Origin: Myxococcales bacterium
Lineage (GTDB): Bacteria > Myxococcota_A > Polyangia > Polyangiales > DASUME01
Length of the DNA: 64,000 nt
Reading direction: 5' to 3'
NCBI GenBank assembly: GCA_047601445.1
Contig: JASGJH010000001.1
Span: forward strand, 7,968,001 to 8,032,000
Shown here: positions 27,647 to 40,668 of the stretch, piece by piece
Layout of the letters: every line of letters begins with the position of its first letter
Position numbering within the stretch: the first letter of the stretch is position 1
The notes under the pieces: model-generated
What the model was told of the DNA's origin: nothing
Seen by the model: only the letters and a program-made list of their open reading frames with translations
Database searches by the model: none
Translations under genes and position numbers: made by a program

Positions 27647-30600
27647 ATGCGACGTGGTTCGGGTTGGGCGACGCTGTTCTTCCTTGCGTTCATGTTGGTG
27701 GGCTGCGCGAACGACCAGCCGACCATCAACCGGGTGCAGCCGAACGCGCTCGCCAAGTCGATGTTCGTCGGCGACTGGTACACCAAAGGCACCATCGTCG
27801 ACACGCAGATCGATGCGCCCATCTACGTGGGCAGCGAGACGCCCTTCGATCGCATCCAGTGGGAGATCCAGGAGAAGTTCCTGATCGCCAAGCGCTCCTA
27901 CGAGTTCGTGGGCAAGGCCGAGGACGACGGTGTGGTGGACGGTGAGAAGACCTCGGTGATCGCGGTCTACGCCATCTCGAGCCACTTCGATATCCGGCGC
28001 GAGTACAACCCGGCCACCGGCGAGCGCAGCAACGTGATCAGCGAGAACACGCTCGACCGTCCCTGGCACGAGCGCGAGTACATGCGCGTCGACTGGTCCC
28101 AGAACCTGCTCGACGGTGCCACGCTGCCCTCGCCCTACGCGGGAGACGTGCCGCTCAAGAACGTCGCGCTGTTCGACCAGGACACCGGGGACGCCGAGCG
28201 CGAGCAGTTCGCGCCGCGCTTCGAGCAGAACGAGGACGGCCAGGTCGTGTACTTCGAGCTGGTCAACCGCTACTGGGCCGAGCCCGCGATGCGGGACGGA
28301 GTCCCGGCCTGTTACTACCTCTTCAACAGCCAAATGGACTGTCAGCCCGGCGCCATCGCCGTGCGCCATTCGTACATGCGCGTCGAAGATCGCGACTACC
28401 AGCCGCGGCCCTACACCCAGGATCGCATGGAGCGCTTCGGCTATTTCCTGATCAAGCGCGACAACTACGACGATAGCTACGGTGCCACCGTGGACGGGCG
28501 CGAGATTTACGCCATGCGCCACAACCTGTGGATCTACAGCCATCGCAAGGACGACAAGGACCAGTTCGTCACGTGCGGTCGCGACGCCGACTGCGGTGGG
28601 TCGGGCTCCGAGTGCGATCTCGCGTGGGGCAAAGCCCGCGGCAGGACCGACGGTGCGTGCACCATCCCGTATCACCGGCGCGAGTTGCGTCCCATTCGCT
28701 ACTACCTGACCGACAACTTCCCGGCCAACCTGGTGCCCACCGCGTTGATGGTCGGCAAGGACTGGGATCGCGCCTTCACCGAGACCGTCGCCTCCATGAT
28801 GCGCCTCGATTGCGAGGACGCGCACGCGGAGGACTGCGCGACCATGGTGCCCAGCGAGATCGCCTCGCGCCTGGGACCGATCTTCGCCATCTGTCACAAT
28901 CCGGTCACCGCCGATGACGCGCCGGGCTGCGGTGAACCCGGCTTCTCGCCGCGCTTCGGGGACATTCGCTACAACTTCGTGTCCTGGGTGTCCGATGCCC
29001 ACTCCAAGTATGCGGGCGCCCCGCTGGGCCTCGGGCCTTCCCAGGCCGATCCGCTGACGGGTGAAGTGGTGTCCGGCGTGGCCAACTTGTATGGCGATGG
29101 CTTCGATCAGCTGGCGGCGCAGGCGCGCGACATCCTGGCGATGATGCAGGGCGACCTGTCGGAGACGGCCACGCAATCGAGCTCGGCGTTCAGCGCGTGG
29201 ATCAAGCAGACCGAGCAGGCTGCCGTGGCCCAGACCTCCCAGCGCGAGGCCGACCGACACGTAGTCGAGCTCGACGCCCAGGACATGGCCGACGCCAACG
29301 CAGACATGGACTTCTCTTGGTCCACCAGTCGCATGCCGGCTTTCCAGGCTCCGCTCGGCGTCTCGCAGATTCGCGACCAAGCGGACGCGCAGTGGAAGCG
29401 CATCGGTGGCATGCACGAAAAGCTCAAGCTCGCCAAGCAGGGGGCGAGCAACCTGGCGCAGTTGCGCGGCACGTACCTCGAAGACGCCCTGGTGGACGAC
29501 GAGTACGTGTCCTCGTTGGGAATGGCGCCCGGTACCAAGCTCTCGGCGGACGATCTCGCGCGCGTGTCGCCCGTGGGCACCGAAGGCGCATTTGGCGCGC
29601 TCGGAGCACAGCGCAAGCGCCGTGAAACCCTGCGCAACGAGTCCGACCACCGAGCTTGTGTGCTCGAGGCGGGCGACTTCATGGACGAGGGCTTGCTCGG
29701 CCTATTGCGCGAGATTCGATCGCGCGGTGAACGAGGGCGACGGAACCGTCACCTGGTACGGCACCAAGTACCAGGTGGGCACGCGCGGCGCCATCGACTA
29801 CGAGCGTGTGAAGGAGATGGTCAAGCAGCCCATCTTGTTCGGGTTGATGGCCCACGAGCTCGGTCACACGCTCGGCTTACGCCACAACTTCTCGGGGTCC
29901 TACGACGCCGTCAACTACCGTCCCGGCTACTGGGAGCTGCGCGACGACGGCAAGATCGCCTCGCGCGCGGAGGACCCCATGACCGACGCGGAGGTCAATG
30001 GGCGGATTCGTGAGTACCAGTACTCCACCGTGATGGACTACGGACACAACTTCGTGGTCACCGACGCCCAGGGCATCGGTCACTACGACGTGGCGGCGAT
30101 CAAGATGGGCTACGGCGACATCGCCGAGGTGTTCACCGACGCGCCCCAGGAGAACGCCGTGGGCATCGCGAGCATCGACGCTCAGGCCAGTCCGTTCATG
30201 GTGTTTCAGGTGGATCCGCCACGCGGCGATCAGGACAACGAGCTGCGCGCCTTCCACTACTCATCGTGGCCAACCTTGGTCGGCGGCGTGGGCAACATCT
30301 CGAAGCGCAAGGACGTGCGCTACCGCGACCTCGGCTTCGTGGCTTCTCCGTTGTTCGGCGGCGGTGGACGTGGCCTCTATCAGGACGGCGACGCGCTCTT
30401 GCCCGTGGTGCCCTACCTGTACTGCGGCGATGAGTACGCGGACTCGCGGCCGCCCTGCAACCGCTACGACGCGGGCGCCGATCCCTACGAGGTGATGCAG
30501 TCCATCATCGACAACTACTGGAACTACTACCCGTTCAGTCACTTTATGCGAGGGCGCATCGGCTGGGACCCCTCGAGCGTGGTGAACCGCTCAGCGGATC

Positions 30601-31634
30601 GCTACTACATGCCGTTGATGTCGATGGCGCAGATCTACGCGCTCTATCGCCAGTTCTACGAGCCCTTCCTGGGCACGACGTTTTTCGAGGACTCCGAGGG
30701 CTTCGGGCTCTTCACGTTGGGCGTGCGCGCCAGCTACGACCTGTTCCGCCGGGTGGTCTCCACGCCCGAGCCGGCGGGCCTCCTCTACGAGCAGCTCGCC
30801 GACGGCACCACGCTGCTCTCCGAGGACGGCACGGAGGCGCCGCTCATCCCCAAGTCCATCGATGCCTTCAGCGGTCGCTTCTTGCGCTCCTACTACGAGA
30901 TCGGCCCTGCGAACGAGTGGGTCTATTTCACCAGCTCCGGTTGGTTCAAGGAAAAGGCCCTGGCGCTGCAGATCTTGATGTACGCCGACACGGGCTACCT
31001 CGGCGTGGACACTTCACCGGACGTCCGCGAGTACTCGTCGAGTTACTACACGAGCTTCCCGGACTCGATGTCGTCGTTCTTGAGCGCGATCTTCGCCTCG
31101 GATTACGAGGCCTACGGACCGCGCCTGAAGGACGGCGCGCTCTTCTATCCGAACCCGCAGGACGTGGTGAATCATGGCATGGCCATCGATGCCCAGGGCA
31201 GCGACTTGGTTTCGCCCAACCTCGGGTTCACGTTGCAGCTCACGGCCATGGCCTTCGGCACGCTGCTGAGCCCGAACACATTCGATCAGGACTTCGTGAA
31301 TCGCTCGCGCCTGTTCGCCCAGGGCAGCTCCGAGGCCGTGACGCCCGCAAACCCCGTGACCTATGTGGACTCGCGCAGCGGGCTCACCTACGTGGCGAGC
31401 TCGTACCCTGTGACTCGCGACGGCAAGACCGTGGAGACCGGCTCCGCGGCCGCCATGATCGCCTACGCGAACGGGCTCCAGGCCAAGATCGCGAAGGCAC
31501 AACTGGACGGCGATACCGACAAGGCAGCCCGCACGCAGGCCACACTGGACGATTTCGTGGATAACCTCGACGCGCTCCGTTACCTGACCAACATCCTGGG
31601 TCACGGCTCGAACGGCCAGTTCTTCGGGTTCTAA
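27647..31634 (+). CDS. Large zinc-dependent metalloprotease lipoprotein (~1328 aa); apparent +1 frameshift near 29715
   Basis: GAGGAG RBS, lipobox LVGC; DPLTGEVV; HELGHTLGLRHN; Met-turn STVMDY; frames join as LLRE-I-DRAVNEG. Confidence 0.85.
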
Positions 31635-31725
31635 GCGCACACGGTAGGGGCCCGCGAGCACGGGCACGCCTTTGCTAGCGCAAGGCTGGCACGGGGAGCA
31701 GGATACTGACTGTGTCAGCGTCGTG

Positions 31726-34257
31726 CTAGCTGCCCAGATGCGTGAGGCGCACCAGCACGCCTTCGGGCGCCTGATCCTCGCGCAGGTCGATTTCGCCTTC
31801 GAGGAACCACATGTTGTCCTCCTCGGGATCCACCAGTACCTGGCGCACGCGGTACAGGTGCGGCGCAAGCGTCTCGATCTGCGTGCGGTCCACGGTGCGC
31901 GAGCGCTGATCGGTGATCAGCTGCTCGTAGTGCTCGAAGTACTTCTGCATGCTCGACTCGAGCCCGGACGCGCCCAGGGAGCTCTCGTGGTGCACCGAGG
32001 CGGCTGCCTCTTCCCAATCGCGCGCCGCGAGCGCGCGCACCAGAGCGTGGAGCTCGTGGCGAATGCGCGCGTGGAACGCCTTCTGGTCGCGCGAGATGTC
32101 CTTCTTGCGCTCGGGTAGGGCGGCCTCCTCGCCGCTCTTCTCGCCGGGCGCCACCATCGACTCCCACTCGGTGACCAAGCTCGAGTCGATGCGCTCGAGG
32201 ATGGCACGCAGGAACGCCACCACGTCGACCACCGCGTCGGTCTTGGCCGGCTCGGGCACCGTCTGCACCAGGGTCTTGTAGGCGTCGCTCAAGTAGCGCA
32301 GCAGCACGCCCTCGGAGCGCGCGAGCCCATACTCCTTGATGTACTCGGCGAAGGTCATATAGCGCTCGTAGAGGTCGCGGGCGACGCTCTTGGGCCGGAT
32401 GTTCTCGCCCACCCAGGGGTGCTTGGCAGCGAAGGCGTTGAAGGTGTCGTAGATGAAGTCCGCGTTGGGCTTGGGATAGGCGACCGTTTCGAGCTCCTTC
32501 ATGCGGTCTTCGTATTCCACGCCCTCTGCCTTGAGCCGGTTGATCAGATCGCCTTGAGCCTTCTTTTGTTGGGCGACGAGCAGGGTGGTGGGGTTCTCGA
32601 GGATGGACTCGAGCAAGCTCATGAGGTCGAGCGCGTAGCTCTCGAGCGCGGGGTCCAGGCGCTCGATGGTGTCGATGAGATAGAGCGACAGCGTCTGGAA
32701 CAGCGAGAAGTCGCGCTGCAGGCTCAGGTGCACACGCACGAAGCGTCCCTTGCCGTCGGGGCGCTTCACGACCTCCAGGATCTGCGCATCGAGTAGGGAG
32801 CGAAACAACTGCCGGGCCTGACGCCGCAGGCGCTTCTTGGCGCTCGGGCGCTCGTGGGCGCGCGCGATCAGCCGCACGAGGTGGTGGTAGCCGCCCAGGC
32901 GCCCGGTGGGCGAGTCGGCGAGCAGGCTCATGATCATGCCGTGGGTGACGTTGAAGCGGCTCTCGAGCGCTTCGGGCGCGCTGCGGATCAAACGCTGGAA
33001 GGTGCCGTCGTCCCAGGGCACGTAGCCCTTGTCCGGCGGCTTGCGCATGACGACCTTCTTCTTGCCGCCCTCGGCCTTGGCGCGCAGGCGCTTGTTCTCG
33101 ATCTCGTGCTCGGGGGCCTGGCACACCACGGTGCCGGCGCTGTCATAGCCCTTGCGCCCCGCGCGACCGGCGATTTGCTTGAAGTCGCGCACCGAGAGGA
33201 TGGCGGTCTTCTCGCCGTCGAACTTGCAGAGCTTGGTGAACACGACCGTGCGGATGGGCACGTTGATGCCCACGCCGAGCGTATCGGTGCCGCAGATGAC
33301 CTTGAGGCGGCCCTCCTGCGCCAGGCGCTCCACCAGGCGCCGGTAACGCGGCAAGAGGCCCGCGTGGTGCAGGCCGAGGCCGTGGCGCACGTACTTCTTG
33401 ACGTCCTTGCCGTAGGGAGAATCGAAGCGGAAGTCTCCAATGGCCGTCGAGATGGCCTCCTTCTCCTCGCGCGTGGAGAAGTTGGTGCTCATCAGCGCCT
33501 GGGCCAGCTCGGCGCACTCGCGCTGCGTGAAGTTCACCACGTAGATGGGGTACTTGCGCTTCTCGATCAGGTCGTCGAGGGTCTCGTGCAGGGGCGTCTC
33601 GCGGTATTCGAAGTCGAGCGGCACGGGGCGCTCTTCCGAACGCACCAGCGTGACCTTGCGCTGGGTCACCTGCTCGATGCCCTCGATGATGGTGCGCATG
33701 TCCCCGAGCGTCGCGCTCATCAACAGGAAGCGCACCTCGCTCAGCACCAGCAGCGGGATCTGCCAGGCTGCGCCGCGCTCGCTGTCGCCGTAGTAGTGGA
33801 ACTCGTCCATCACGACGTAGTCCACGTCGGCCTTCTCGCCGTCGCGCAACGCCAGGTTGGCCAAGATCTCGGCGGTGCAGCAGAGGATGGGGGCGTCGCG
33901 GTTGATGCTGGTGTCGCCCGTGGACATGCCCACGTTCTCGGCGCCGAACAGCGCGCAGCACTCGAAGAACTTCTCGCTTACCAGCGCCTTGATGGGCGAC
34001 GTGTAGACCGAGCGCAGCCCGAGACAGAGCGCGCGGAAGTGCATGGCGGTGGCGACCAGGGACTTGCCCGAGCCCGTGGGCGTGTTGAGCACCACATGGC
34101 GGCCCTCCATGATCTCCAGGATCGCCTCTTCCTGGGCCGGATAGAGCGAGATGCCCGCGGCGCTGGTCCAGTCGATGAACGCGTCGAGCATGGTGCTCGG
34201 CTCGCACTGGTCGCGCGGCGGCGTGAAGTCGAGCAGCTTGGGTCGTTCTTTGCCCAC
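31726..34257 (-). CDS. DEAD/DEAH-box SF2 helicase (Ski2/HelY-like, DUF3516-type)
   Basis: [41 protein letters not shown]. Confidence 0.92.
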   Translation of the reverse strand: MGKERPKLLDFTPPRDQCEPSTMLDAFIDWTSAAGISLYPAQEEAILEIMEGRHVVLNTPTGSGKSLVATAMHFRALCLGLRSVYTSPIKALVSEKFFECCALFGAENVGMSTGDTSINRDAPILCCTAEILANLALRDGEKADVDYVVMDEFHYYGDSERGAAWQIPLLVLSEVRFLLMSATLGDMRTIIEGIEQVTQRKVTLVRSEERPVPLDFEYRETPLHETLDDLIEKRKYPIYVVNFTQRECAELAQALMSTNFSTREEKEAISTAIGDFRFDSPYGKDVKKYVRHGLGLHHAGLLPRYRRLVERLAQEGRLKVICGTDTLGVGINVPIRTVVFTKLCKFDGEKTAILSVRDFKQIAGRAGRKGYDSAGTVVCQAPEHEIENKRLRAKAEGGKKKVVMRKPPDKGYVPWDDGTFQRLIRSAPEALESRFNVTHGMIMSLLADSPTGRLGGYHHLVRLIARAHERPSAKKRLRRQARQLFRSLLDAQILEVVKRPDGKGRFVRVHLSLQRDFSLFQTLSLYLIDTIERLDPALESYALDLMSLLESILENPTTLLVAQQKKAQGDLINRLKAEGVEYEDRMKELETVAYPKPNADFIYDTFNAFAAKHPWVGENIRPKSVARDLYERYMTFAEYIKEYGLARSEGVLLRYLSDAYKTLVQTVPEPAKTDAVVDVVAFLRAILERIDSSLVTEWESMVAPGEKSGEEAALPERKKDISRDQKAFHARIRHELHALVRALAARDWEEAAASVHHESSLGASGLESSMQKYFEHYEQLITDQRSRTVDRTQIETLAPHLYRVRQVLVDPEEDNMWFLEGEIDLREDQAPEGVLVRLTHLGS

Positions 34258-34261
34258 GGCG

Positions 34262-35191
34262 TCAGGCCACGAGTCCGTCTGCCCCGTTGCGCAGGGTCAG
34301 GTACACCGTCGCGAAGAGCACCATGCAGTAACCGTAGGCAAACAGGACGCCCACACCGCAGGCCAGGGACCCGAGCAGGGTGGCCCCGAGCGCAATCAAT
34401 CCGCCCAGCAGGATGGCCAGACGCTGACCGCTCGCGACGCGCCAAGAATTGCGGATGCCGTCGATGCCCCCCACGTTGGGCTGGGCGACCAACTCGAAGG
34501 TGGAGAAGACCGCCCCAAAGCCAGCGTAGAAGACCAGCGCCGCCCCGAGCGGCACGCTCAGCAGCGCCGCTACCACGCCCAGGTCGGAGGAGCCCGCGGC
34601 GCCGAACATGCTGAGGCCGAACAGGAGTCCGAACAGGAGGATCAGCGGAATCACGGCGGCAAAGAAGACCAACCCCTGCAGCGCCATCGACCCAAGCTTG
34701 CGCCACTCGCCGAACAGCATGCCGAGGGTAGCCGGTTCGCCGCGGGCGATCTTCACGCTGATCGACAGCATGCCGAGCGTGAGTAGCCACTGCAGCAACG
34801 TCAGGGGGATGCTCAAGAGTCCCACGAGCGGGAACAGCATCCCTAGCTGATCGCTGAAGCCGAATTGGACCAAGAACACCAGGCCCTGCGGCGCCAGGAA
34901 CGCGACGAACACGATGACGATCACCACCAAGAGCAGCGCCCAGTTGCGCTTGTAGGCGTTCCAGGCGTGGCCCGTCAGCTGGCCCCAGGTGAAGGCATCG
35001 CGCCGCAACGGAAACGAGCCCAATCCCGTGCGCGCCCGGCACGACGGGCAGACCATGAACTTCCCGCCCTCGGTGCAGGTCTGGCACATGTACGTGCCGC
35101 AGCGCTGGCAGACCGCCGTGAAGGGCTGGCCGTCGTGGAGGGCACAGCGAGCTCCGCCGGAGATGTGGCTCGGTGCTTGGGGTTCATCCAT
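34262..35191 (-). CDS. Membrane protein with N-terminal B-box-like Zn finger
   Basis: [20 protein letters not shown] followed by 5-6 TM helices. Confidence 0.75.
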   Translation of the reverse strand: MDEPQAPSHISGGARCALHDGQPFTAVCQRCGTYMCQTCTEGGKFMVCPSCRARTGLGSFPLRRDAFTWGQLTGHAWNAYKRNWALLLVVIVIVFVAFLAPQGLVFLVQFGFSDQLGMLFPLVGLLSIPLTLLQWLLTLGMLSISVKIARGEPATLGMLFGEWRKLGSMALQGLVFFAAVIPLILLFGLLFGLSMFGAAGSSDLGVVAALLSVPLGAALVFYAGFGAVFSTFELVAQPNVGGIDGIRNSWRVASGQRLAILLGGLIALGATLLGSLACGVGVLFAYGYCMVLFATVYLTLRNGADGLVA

Positions 35192-35212
35192 TCGTGACTA
35201 TCCTAGTAACAG

Positions 35213-35905
35213 ATGCGGCTGCTCTTGACGAACGATGATGGAATCGACGCGATAGGTCTGAAGCTCCTGGCGGAGGTGTGCCAGGGCCTCCCGCAGACGA
35301 GTCAGGTCTCGGTGGTGGCTCCCCTGGAGGAGCAATCGGGGGTGGGACATCGAGTCCACACCCGGGGGGGCCTGCGCTGGGAGGACCGCGGCGCGGGGCG
35401 CTTTGCCCTCGGCGGTACCCCGGCGGATTGCACGCGGGTGGCGTTGCGCGGCCTTGGGCTGAGTTCGGACTGGGTGATCTCGGGGCTGAATCACGGCGGC
35501 AACCTTGGGGTCGACATCCATATGTCCGGCACGGTGGCGGGCGCGCGCGAGGGGGCCATCCTCGGCTTGCAGGGCATCGCCATCTCGCAGGTGCTCAACA
35601 TGAAGCATCCGCCGGACCTCGTGCGCATGCGGGCCACCACGCGGCGCGTGCTCGAGCACCTGTTCGCGCGCCCGCTGCCCAGCGGCCAGTTCTACAACGT
35701 GAACTTGCCCTTCGCGCCCGAGAGCGACGAGCCGGAGATGGTGGTGTGCACGCCGGATCCGAGTCCGCACGACGTTCGCTTCAAGGAGAGCGCCGGCGAG
35801 TTCTCCTATTGCGGCGTGTTCTTGAATCGACCGCGTGTGCCCGACTGCGACGTGGAGGTGGTGTTCGCGGGCAAGATCGCGATCAGCGTGCTGCGCATCG
35901 TGTAG
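35213..35905 (+). CDS. surE: 5'/3'-nucleotidase SurE
   Basis: LLTNDDG, GTPADC, SGLNHGGNLG..SGTVAGAREG. Confidence 0.93.
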   Translation: MRLLLTNDDGIDAIGLKLLAEVCQGLPQTSQVSVVAPLEEQSGVGHRVHTRGGLRWEDRGAGRFALGGTPADCTRVALRGLGLSSDWVISGLNHGGNLGVDIHMSGTVAGAREGAILGLQGIAISQVLNMKHPPDLVRMRATTRRVLEHLFARPLPSGQFYNVNLPFAPESDEPEMVVCTPDPSPHDVRFKESAGEFSYCGVFLNRPRVPDCDVEVVFAGKIAISVLRIV

Positions 35906-35931
35906 CAGCGCTCCTGGCGAAGGAACGCTCG

Positions 35932-36810
35932 CTAGAAGAGCAGGAACTCGCAGGCGCTCGAGAAGGTGGAGAGTGCCGAGTCGAGGCCCATGCTGAGGTC
36001 GCCGTCGCAGATGGAGTAGAACACCGCGTTTTGTCCGGCCTGCTGCACGAAGGATTGCAGGCGGGAGGCAAACAAGGCGGAGCCGAACATGGAGTCGCAC
36101 TTGGGCGCGGTGCCGCCGGCGAACACTGCGGCGGTCCAGTACTCCCGGCGCCCCTTCAGGCTGTCGAAGTCGTCGATGAAGTCGTCCACCGGGATCGGCA
36201 CGTTGGCGTTGAAAATGTCGCCCGAGTTTTGGCTGCTCAAGTCGTCCTCGTCGGTGAGGACCACCAGGGCGAGCAGCGCGCTAGGCCGCAAAAATCCGGC
36301 GTTTTGGCGATCTGCGACGCGATCGACGAGGGCCGAGCGCAGGGCATTGAGCGGTTGCTCGTTCCACTCCGTTCCGTCGGTGCCCACCGTGGCGAGTGCG
36401 CGGAATTTCGCGCTGAGATCAGGGTCGCTCGAGGAGAGCCACGGCTCGCTCATGTCTGCGGTCTCGAGCAGCGCACCGCCGGCCGCGGGCGGCACCAGGC
36501 CGATCTCCGAGAGCGCGGTGGGAAAAGACGTGGTGGTTACGCCGATGCGAAAGTCGACGCTGCCGTCCTGGAACTTGCGCAGGGACTCCACGAAGCGGTC
36601 GAAGTTCTCGCTGAGGTTCGCCTGCTCCTGCTGCATGGAGGCCGAGTTGTCGATCACGAACAGCACGTCCATTTGCTGGCAGCTAACGCGCACCTCGGGC
36701 TCACCGCCGTCGGGATGGCCCGCGTCGATGCGCGGCGCATCGGGGGCATTCGCGCAACCCGAGGCCAACAAGGAAGCGGCAAGTAAGCAAGCTTTGGCGT
36801 GCTGGATCAC
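35932..36810 (-). CDS. vWA-domain lipoprotein (start uncertain)
   Basis: Lipobox ASGC; MIDAS DVLFVIDNSASM; FLRPSALLALVVLTDEDD. Confidence 0.8.
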   Translation of the reverse strand: MIQHAKACLLAASLLASGCANAPDAPRIDAGHPDGGEPEVRVSCQQMDVLFVIDNSASMQQEQANLSENFDRFVESLRKFQDGSVDFRIGVTTTSFPTALSEIGLVPPAAGGALLETADMSEPWLSSSDPDLSAKFRALATVGTDGTEWNEQPLNALRSALVDRVADRQNAGFLRPSALLALVVLTDEDDLSSQNSGDIFNANVPIPVDDFIDDFDSLKGRREYWTAAVFAGGTAPKCDSMFGSALFASRLQSFVQQAGQNAVFYSICDGDLSMGLDSALSTFSSACEFLLF

Positions 36811-36881
36811 GACTCGGTTCCGAGCCTTCCATCCTCGCTGATTTCGAGGGCCGGCGTCAGTAGACTTGAGTGGTCTTTTCA

Positions 36882-36965
36882 GCGGGGAGGTCACGCGACC
36901 TCCCCGCCCATCGCGGCCAAGCCGCGCTGGGACCCACCCCACGGCGAGGTTCGCTGCGCTCACGG
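36882..36965 (-). repeat. REP-like repeat, copy D (inverted)
   Basis: Reverse complement reads CCGTGAGCGCAGCGAACCTCGCCGTGGGGTGGGTCCC...CGGGGAGGTC-GCGT-GACCTCCCCG. Confidence 0.9.
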
Positions 36966-37008
36966 CGTGCTGGCTTCCCGCCCAGCGCGTCGCGTGTGCG
37001 AGCGACGC

Positions 37009-37581
37009 TCAGCCGCCGAAGCCGGGGAATCCGCCGCCGCCGCCGAGGGTGCCGCCGCCACCGCCGGGCAAGCCGCCGAAGTCGATGGGGGGCTGACAGA
37101 ACTTACGCTGATCCTGGGAGCCTGTGACCGCTCCGCAGGTGTAGCCCTCATCACTCCGGCAATCGCTGGCCTGTTCGCAGGTTTTGGTGCACGCCGGAGC
37201 CGAGAAGCCCATCAGGCAGCCCGTCCCCTTGGGGCAGTCCGCGTCGCTCTTGCAGTTGAGGATGGTGCAGGAGCCGCCAGGGAACATGATGTCGAACGAG
37301 ATGCCCACGTTGATCGTGACCGTCTTGAGGCAGTCGGCGTTGGCCCCGCCCATACAGTCGCTCTTGTCGTCGCAGGGCTCGCCGACCTCGGCGCCCGTGC
37401 CGTTGCCGTTGCCGTTGTTGCCGGTACCACCATCGCCGTCGCCGTCGCCAGCGCTGCCGCCACCGATCTGGTCCCCCTGCGGAACCACGGCCGCGAGACC
37501 TTGCGAGTAGTCATCCAAATCCGAGCGCCCGCCGCAGGCGAGCAAGCAGGAACCGGCAAGCAGATAAACGAATCTAGACAT
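37009..37581 (-). CDS. Cys-rich lipoprotein
   Basis: MSRFVYLLAGSCLLAC lipobox; GDGDGDG linker; CKSDADC-type repeats. Confidence 0.8.
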   Translation of the reverse strand: MSRFVYLLAGSCLLACGGRSDLDDYSQGLAAVVPQGDQIGGGSAGDGDGDGGTGNNGNGNGTGAEVGEPCDDKSDCMGGANADCLKTVTINVGISFDIMFPGGSCTILNCKSDADCPKGTGCLMGFSAPACTKTCEQASDCRSDEGYTCGAVTGSQDQRKFCQPPIDFGGLPGGGGGTLGGGGGFPGFGG

Positions 37582-37776
37582 GTTCTTGAACCTCGACGGC
37601 CCCTGGGCCCAGGGGCATGGCCGCTCGTGAGTCGCAGCAGCCGCCAGAGTTTCGCTTCTTTTCGCAGGAAGCGAGTCATTTCCAGATCGGCCCGGCGCGC
37701 CATCGCTTCTATCACGGAACATTGGCGTGTAGCTGCAGGGACTTGCTCCGGGGGGCCGCTCGCGTACAACCGGCCG

Positions 37777-38718
37777 GTGCGAGGTAGGCAGTCCTCCTTC
37801 GAGTCCTGGGCCCTGGGCCTGCTTGGATTGACCGTGGTGGTCATTCTGTGGGGAGCCTTCGTGCGAGTCACGGGCTCCGGAGCGGGGTGCGCCGACCACT
37901 GGCCCCTGTGCAACGGCGAGTTGGTGCCTCGTTCTCCACGCCTGGAGACGCTGATCGAGCTGACTCACCGCGTCACCAGCAGCCTCTCTGGCCTGCTCGC
38001 AATCGCCGTGTTCTGGCGCTCGCGCCGGGAGTTCACGCCCGACAGCCCAGTGCGTCGCGCGGCGCTGTGGGGCCTCGTGCTGATGCTGGTGGAGGGCGCC
38101 ATCGGCGCGGCCCTGGTGAAGCTCGGCCTGGTGGCCAAGGACAGCTCTCCGTTGCGGGCGTTGGTGGTGGGGCTTCACCTCGGCAACACCTTCTTGCTGT
38201 TGGCGGCGCAGATGGCCACCTGGCTCTTCGCGCGCGGCATGCCCGTGCCCCAGTGGCGCGCCCAGCTCGGTTGGGCGCTGGCACTCGGTGCTGCGCTCGT
38301 GGCCATGTTGGTGCTGGGCGCGAGCGGCGCGGTGACGGCGCTCGGCGACACGCTGTTTCCGGCGCAGACGCTGGACGAAGGGTTGCGCGCGGACCTCGAC
38401 CCGAGCTCGCACTTCCTGGTGCGCTTGCGGGTTTGGCATCCGCTTTTGGCGGTGCTCACGGGGGCCGCGGTGGTCTACCTGGCGCAGCAACTGCGCGCAG
38501 CGCTGCCCAGCCCGCAGGTGTCGAGTTGGGCCATGCGCCTCACGGTGCTTTACGTGCTGCAGCTCGGCGTGGGCGCGCTGAACCTCTTCCTGCTCGCGCC
38601 GGCCGCGATTCAGATTACCCACTTGCTGCTGGCGGACCTTACCTGGCTCGCCCTCGTCGCGCTCAGCGTGAGCGCGCTCGGCGTGGCTCAGCCGAGGCTG
38701 GCGACCGCCGCGTCGTAG
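37777..38718 (+). CDS. ctaA: COX15/CtaA heme A synthase family
   Basis: [28 protein letters not shown], conserved His in TM helices. Confidence 0.85.
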   Translation: MRGRQSSFESWALGLLGLTVVVILWGAFVRVTGSGAGCADHWPLCNGELVPRSPRLETLIELTHRVTSSLSGLLAIAVFWRSRREFTPDSPVRRAALWGLVLMLVEGAIGAALVKLGLVAKDSSPLRALVVGLHLGNTFLLLAAQMATWLFARGMPVPQWRAQLGWALALGAALVAMLVLGASGAVTALGDTLFPAQTLDEGLRADLDPSSHFLVRLRVWHPLLAVLTGAAVVYLAQQLRAALPSPQVSSWAMRLTVLYVLQLGVGALNLFLLAPAAIQITHLLLADLTWLALVALSVSALGVAQPRLATAAS

Positions 38719-39179
38719 TTGGGTTCCTGCGCGATCTCGGGCACCTGCTCGGTGTAGACCACGTTGTTGTTCTCATCCAGCACCACGATGGAGCGCGAGC
38801 ACAGGCCCGTGAGCGGACCGGACTTGATCTCGAGGCCGTAGTCCTTGCTGAAGGTCGAGCGGAAGGCGGACAGGGGCGTGACCTTGTCGAGGCCCTCGGC
38901 GGCGCAGAAGCGCTTGAGCGCGAAGGGTAGGTCCTCGGAGATGCAGAGCACCGGGATGCCCTTCTTGGAGACCACTTCGTTGAACTTGCGCACGCTGGTC
39001 GCACACACGGCTGTGTCGATGCTGGGGAAGATGTTCAGCACCTTCTTGCCGGGGAAGTCGTTGAGCGTGACGCGCGAGAGATCTTGCTTGAGCAGCGAGA
39101 ACTCGGGGGCCTTACTGCCGACTTTGGGCAGGTTGCCGGCGGTTTCGATCGGGTTGCCCTTCAAGGTAATGGTCGCCAT
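38688..39179 (-). CDS. tpx: Thiol peroxidase Tpx
   Basis: [43 protein letters not shown]. Confidence 0.95.
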   Translation of the reverse strand: MATITLKGNPIETAGNLPKVGSKAPEFSLLKQDLSRVTLNDFPGKKVLNIFPSIDTAVCATSVRKFNEVVSKKGIPVLCISEDLPFALKRFCAAEGLDKVTPLSAFRSTFSKDYGLEIKSGPLTGLCSRSIVVLDENNNVVYTEQVPEIAQEPNYDAAVASLG

Positions 39180-39384
39180 GGAACGCCTCTCTTTTCGAAC
39201 GGTGTGCGGGATGCGCGCGCACCGAGACTCGTACTGGTGAAACAGCGAGGGACTCGGGCGCCCCCTTCGCCGTACCGCGCAAGTGTAGGGGGCATCATGA
39301 CTTCGTCCACGTTTCGCGAGCACACGCGCTTGCGCGCGCCAACCCCCGCTCGGAGCGGGCGCGAGCGCGCTAGGATCGAGGCAG

Positions 39385-40539
39385 ATGCTCCGTGATCTCC
39401 TCTCCAAGCGACGCCGTCGGCGGGCCCTGGTCGCCAATCGTTCCGTGCTCGCGCTCCATGGCGCGTGCGTCCTCGCGTGGTCGGGCTGTGGTGCCCATCC
39501 GGAGCCGCGACCCCAGGCGAGCGTCCCCGCCAGTGCGCCGGTGATTCAGCAACAGGAGCACACGGTGGCCGCCCTGGGCAGCGCGGTGACCGTGGGCGAA
39601 CAGACGCCCGCTCCGGCTGAACCTGCAGCGGTGCCCGCCCTCGATCCGTTGGCCGCATTGCCGGCGCCGAGCACGAGCACCTCCTTCGGAAGTCCGACCA
39701 ACGGTCGACTCGAGGGCGGCGTGGCGCTCCCGCTGCAGGCACAGGGCCTCCGCTACAACGACCGTCGCAGCGAAAACGCGCGCTTCGCCACTGTGGAGGT
39801 GATTCAGGCCGTGCTGCGCGCCGCGCGGACGGTGGCCGACGAGTTCCCGGCCAGTGAGCTGGTGGTGAACGATATCGGGCTCGAGCATGGGGGCAAGATC
39901 GCGCACCATGGATCGCACCGCGCGGGGCGCGACGCCGACATTTTGTTCTATCTGCTCGGGGACGACGGCCGGCCCACGCCTTCCGTGGGCGCTCCCATCG
40001 ATCCCGAGGGCATCGGCTTCGACTACAAGGATCTCAGCGTGAAGGACGACGACGTGCGCGTGCACTTCGACGCACCGCGCACCTGGCGCTTCGTGCGCGC
40101 GCTGATCGAAGACCAGGCGGCTCCTCTGCAGCGCATCTTCGTGGTGGAGCATCTGCGCAGCGCGCTGCTCGAGGAGGCCACGCGCAGCAAGGCACCCGCC
40201 GACGTGGTGGCACGCTTCGCCGACCTGACCTGCCAGCCCAGCTACCCACACGACGATCATTTGCACGTGCGCTGGTATTGCAGCGAGGAGGACCTGGGCC
40301 TCGGCTGCGAAGATTTGCCGCCGCTCTATCCGTGGCGCAGCGAGCTCTTGGCCGCCCATGGCGTGACGCCGGTGCTCGCCAAGCGTGGCAAGTCGGTGGA
40401 CCCTGCGCCCATCGAGACCAATGCGGACGCCGAGCGCGCCGTGCAACGGCAGAAGCCGCACCCGGACGTGCTCAAGTTCCTGGCTCGTCGCAAGGCCTGG
40501 GAGAAGCAGCCGCATCCAGGCCGCGAGTACTGCCGCTAG
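39385..40539 (+). CDS. Penicillin-insensitive murein endopeptidase (MepA-like)
   Basis: [30 protein letters not shown] (LAS Zn ligands). Confidence 0.82.
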   Translation: MLRDLLSKRRRRRALVANRSVLALHGACVLAWSGCGAHPEPRPQASVPASAPVIQQQEHTVAALGSAVTVGEQTPAPAEPAAVPALDPLAALPAPSTSTSFGSPTNGRLEGGVALPLQAQGLRYNDRRSENARFATVEVIQAVLRAARTVADEFPASELVVNDIGLEHGGKIAHHGSHRAGRDADILFYLLGDDGRPTPSVGAPIDPEGIGFDYKDLSVKDDDVRVHFDAPRTWRFVRALIEDQAAPLQRIFVVEHLRSALLEEATRSKAPADVVARFADLTCQPSYPHDDHLHVRWYCSEEDLGLGCEDLPPLYPWRSELLAAHGVTPVLAKRGKSVDPAPIETNADAERAVQRQKPHPDVLKFLARRKAWEKQPHPGREYCR

Positions 40540-40611
40540 CTCGGATCGGCACGCTCTCGTAGGGGGGGTGCCTACGCGAGGCCATCTCGCTCGGCGGTCG
40601 CCGCCTTAAAC

Positions 40612-40646
40612 GCGAAACGGCCCCGCTTGCGCGAGGCCGTCTCGTT
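40612..40646. terminator. Hairpin between convergent genes
   Basis: CGAAACGGCC...GGCCGTCTCG imperfect inverted repeat between stops at 40539 and 40669. Confidence 0.55.
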
Positions 40647-40668
40647 GCGCTGTCGAGCGCTCAGCGGA

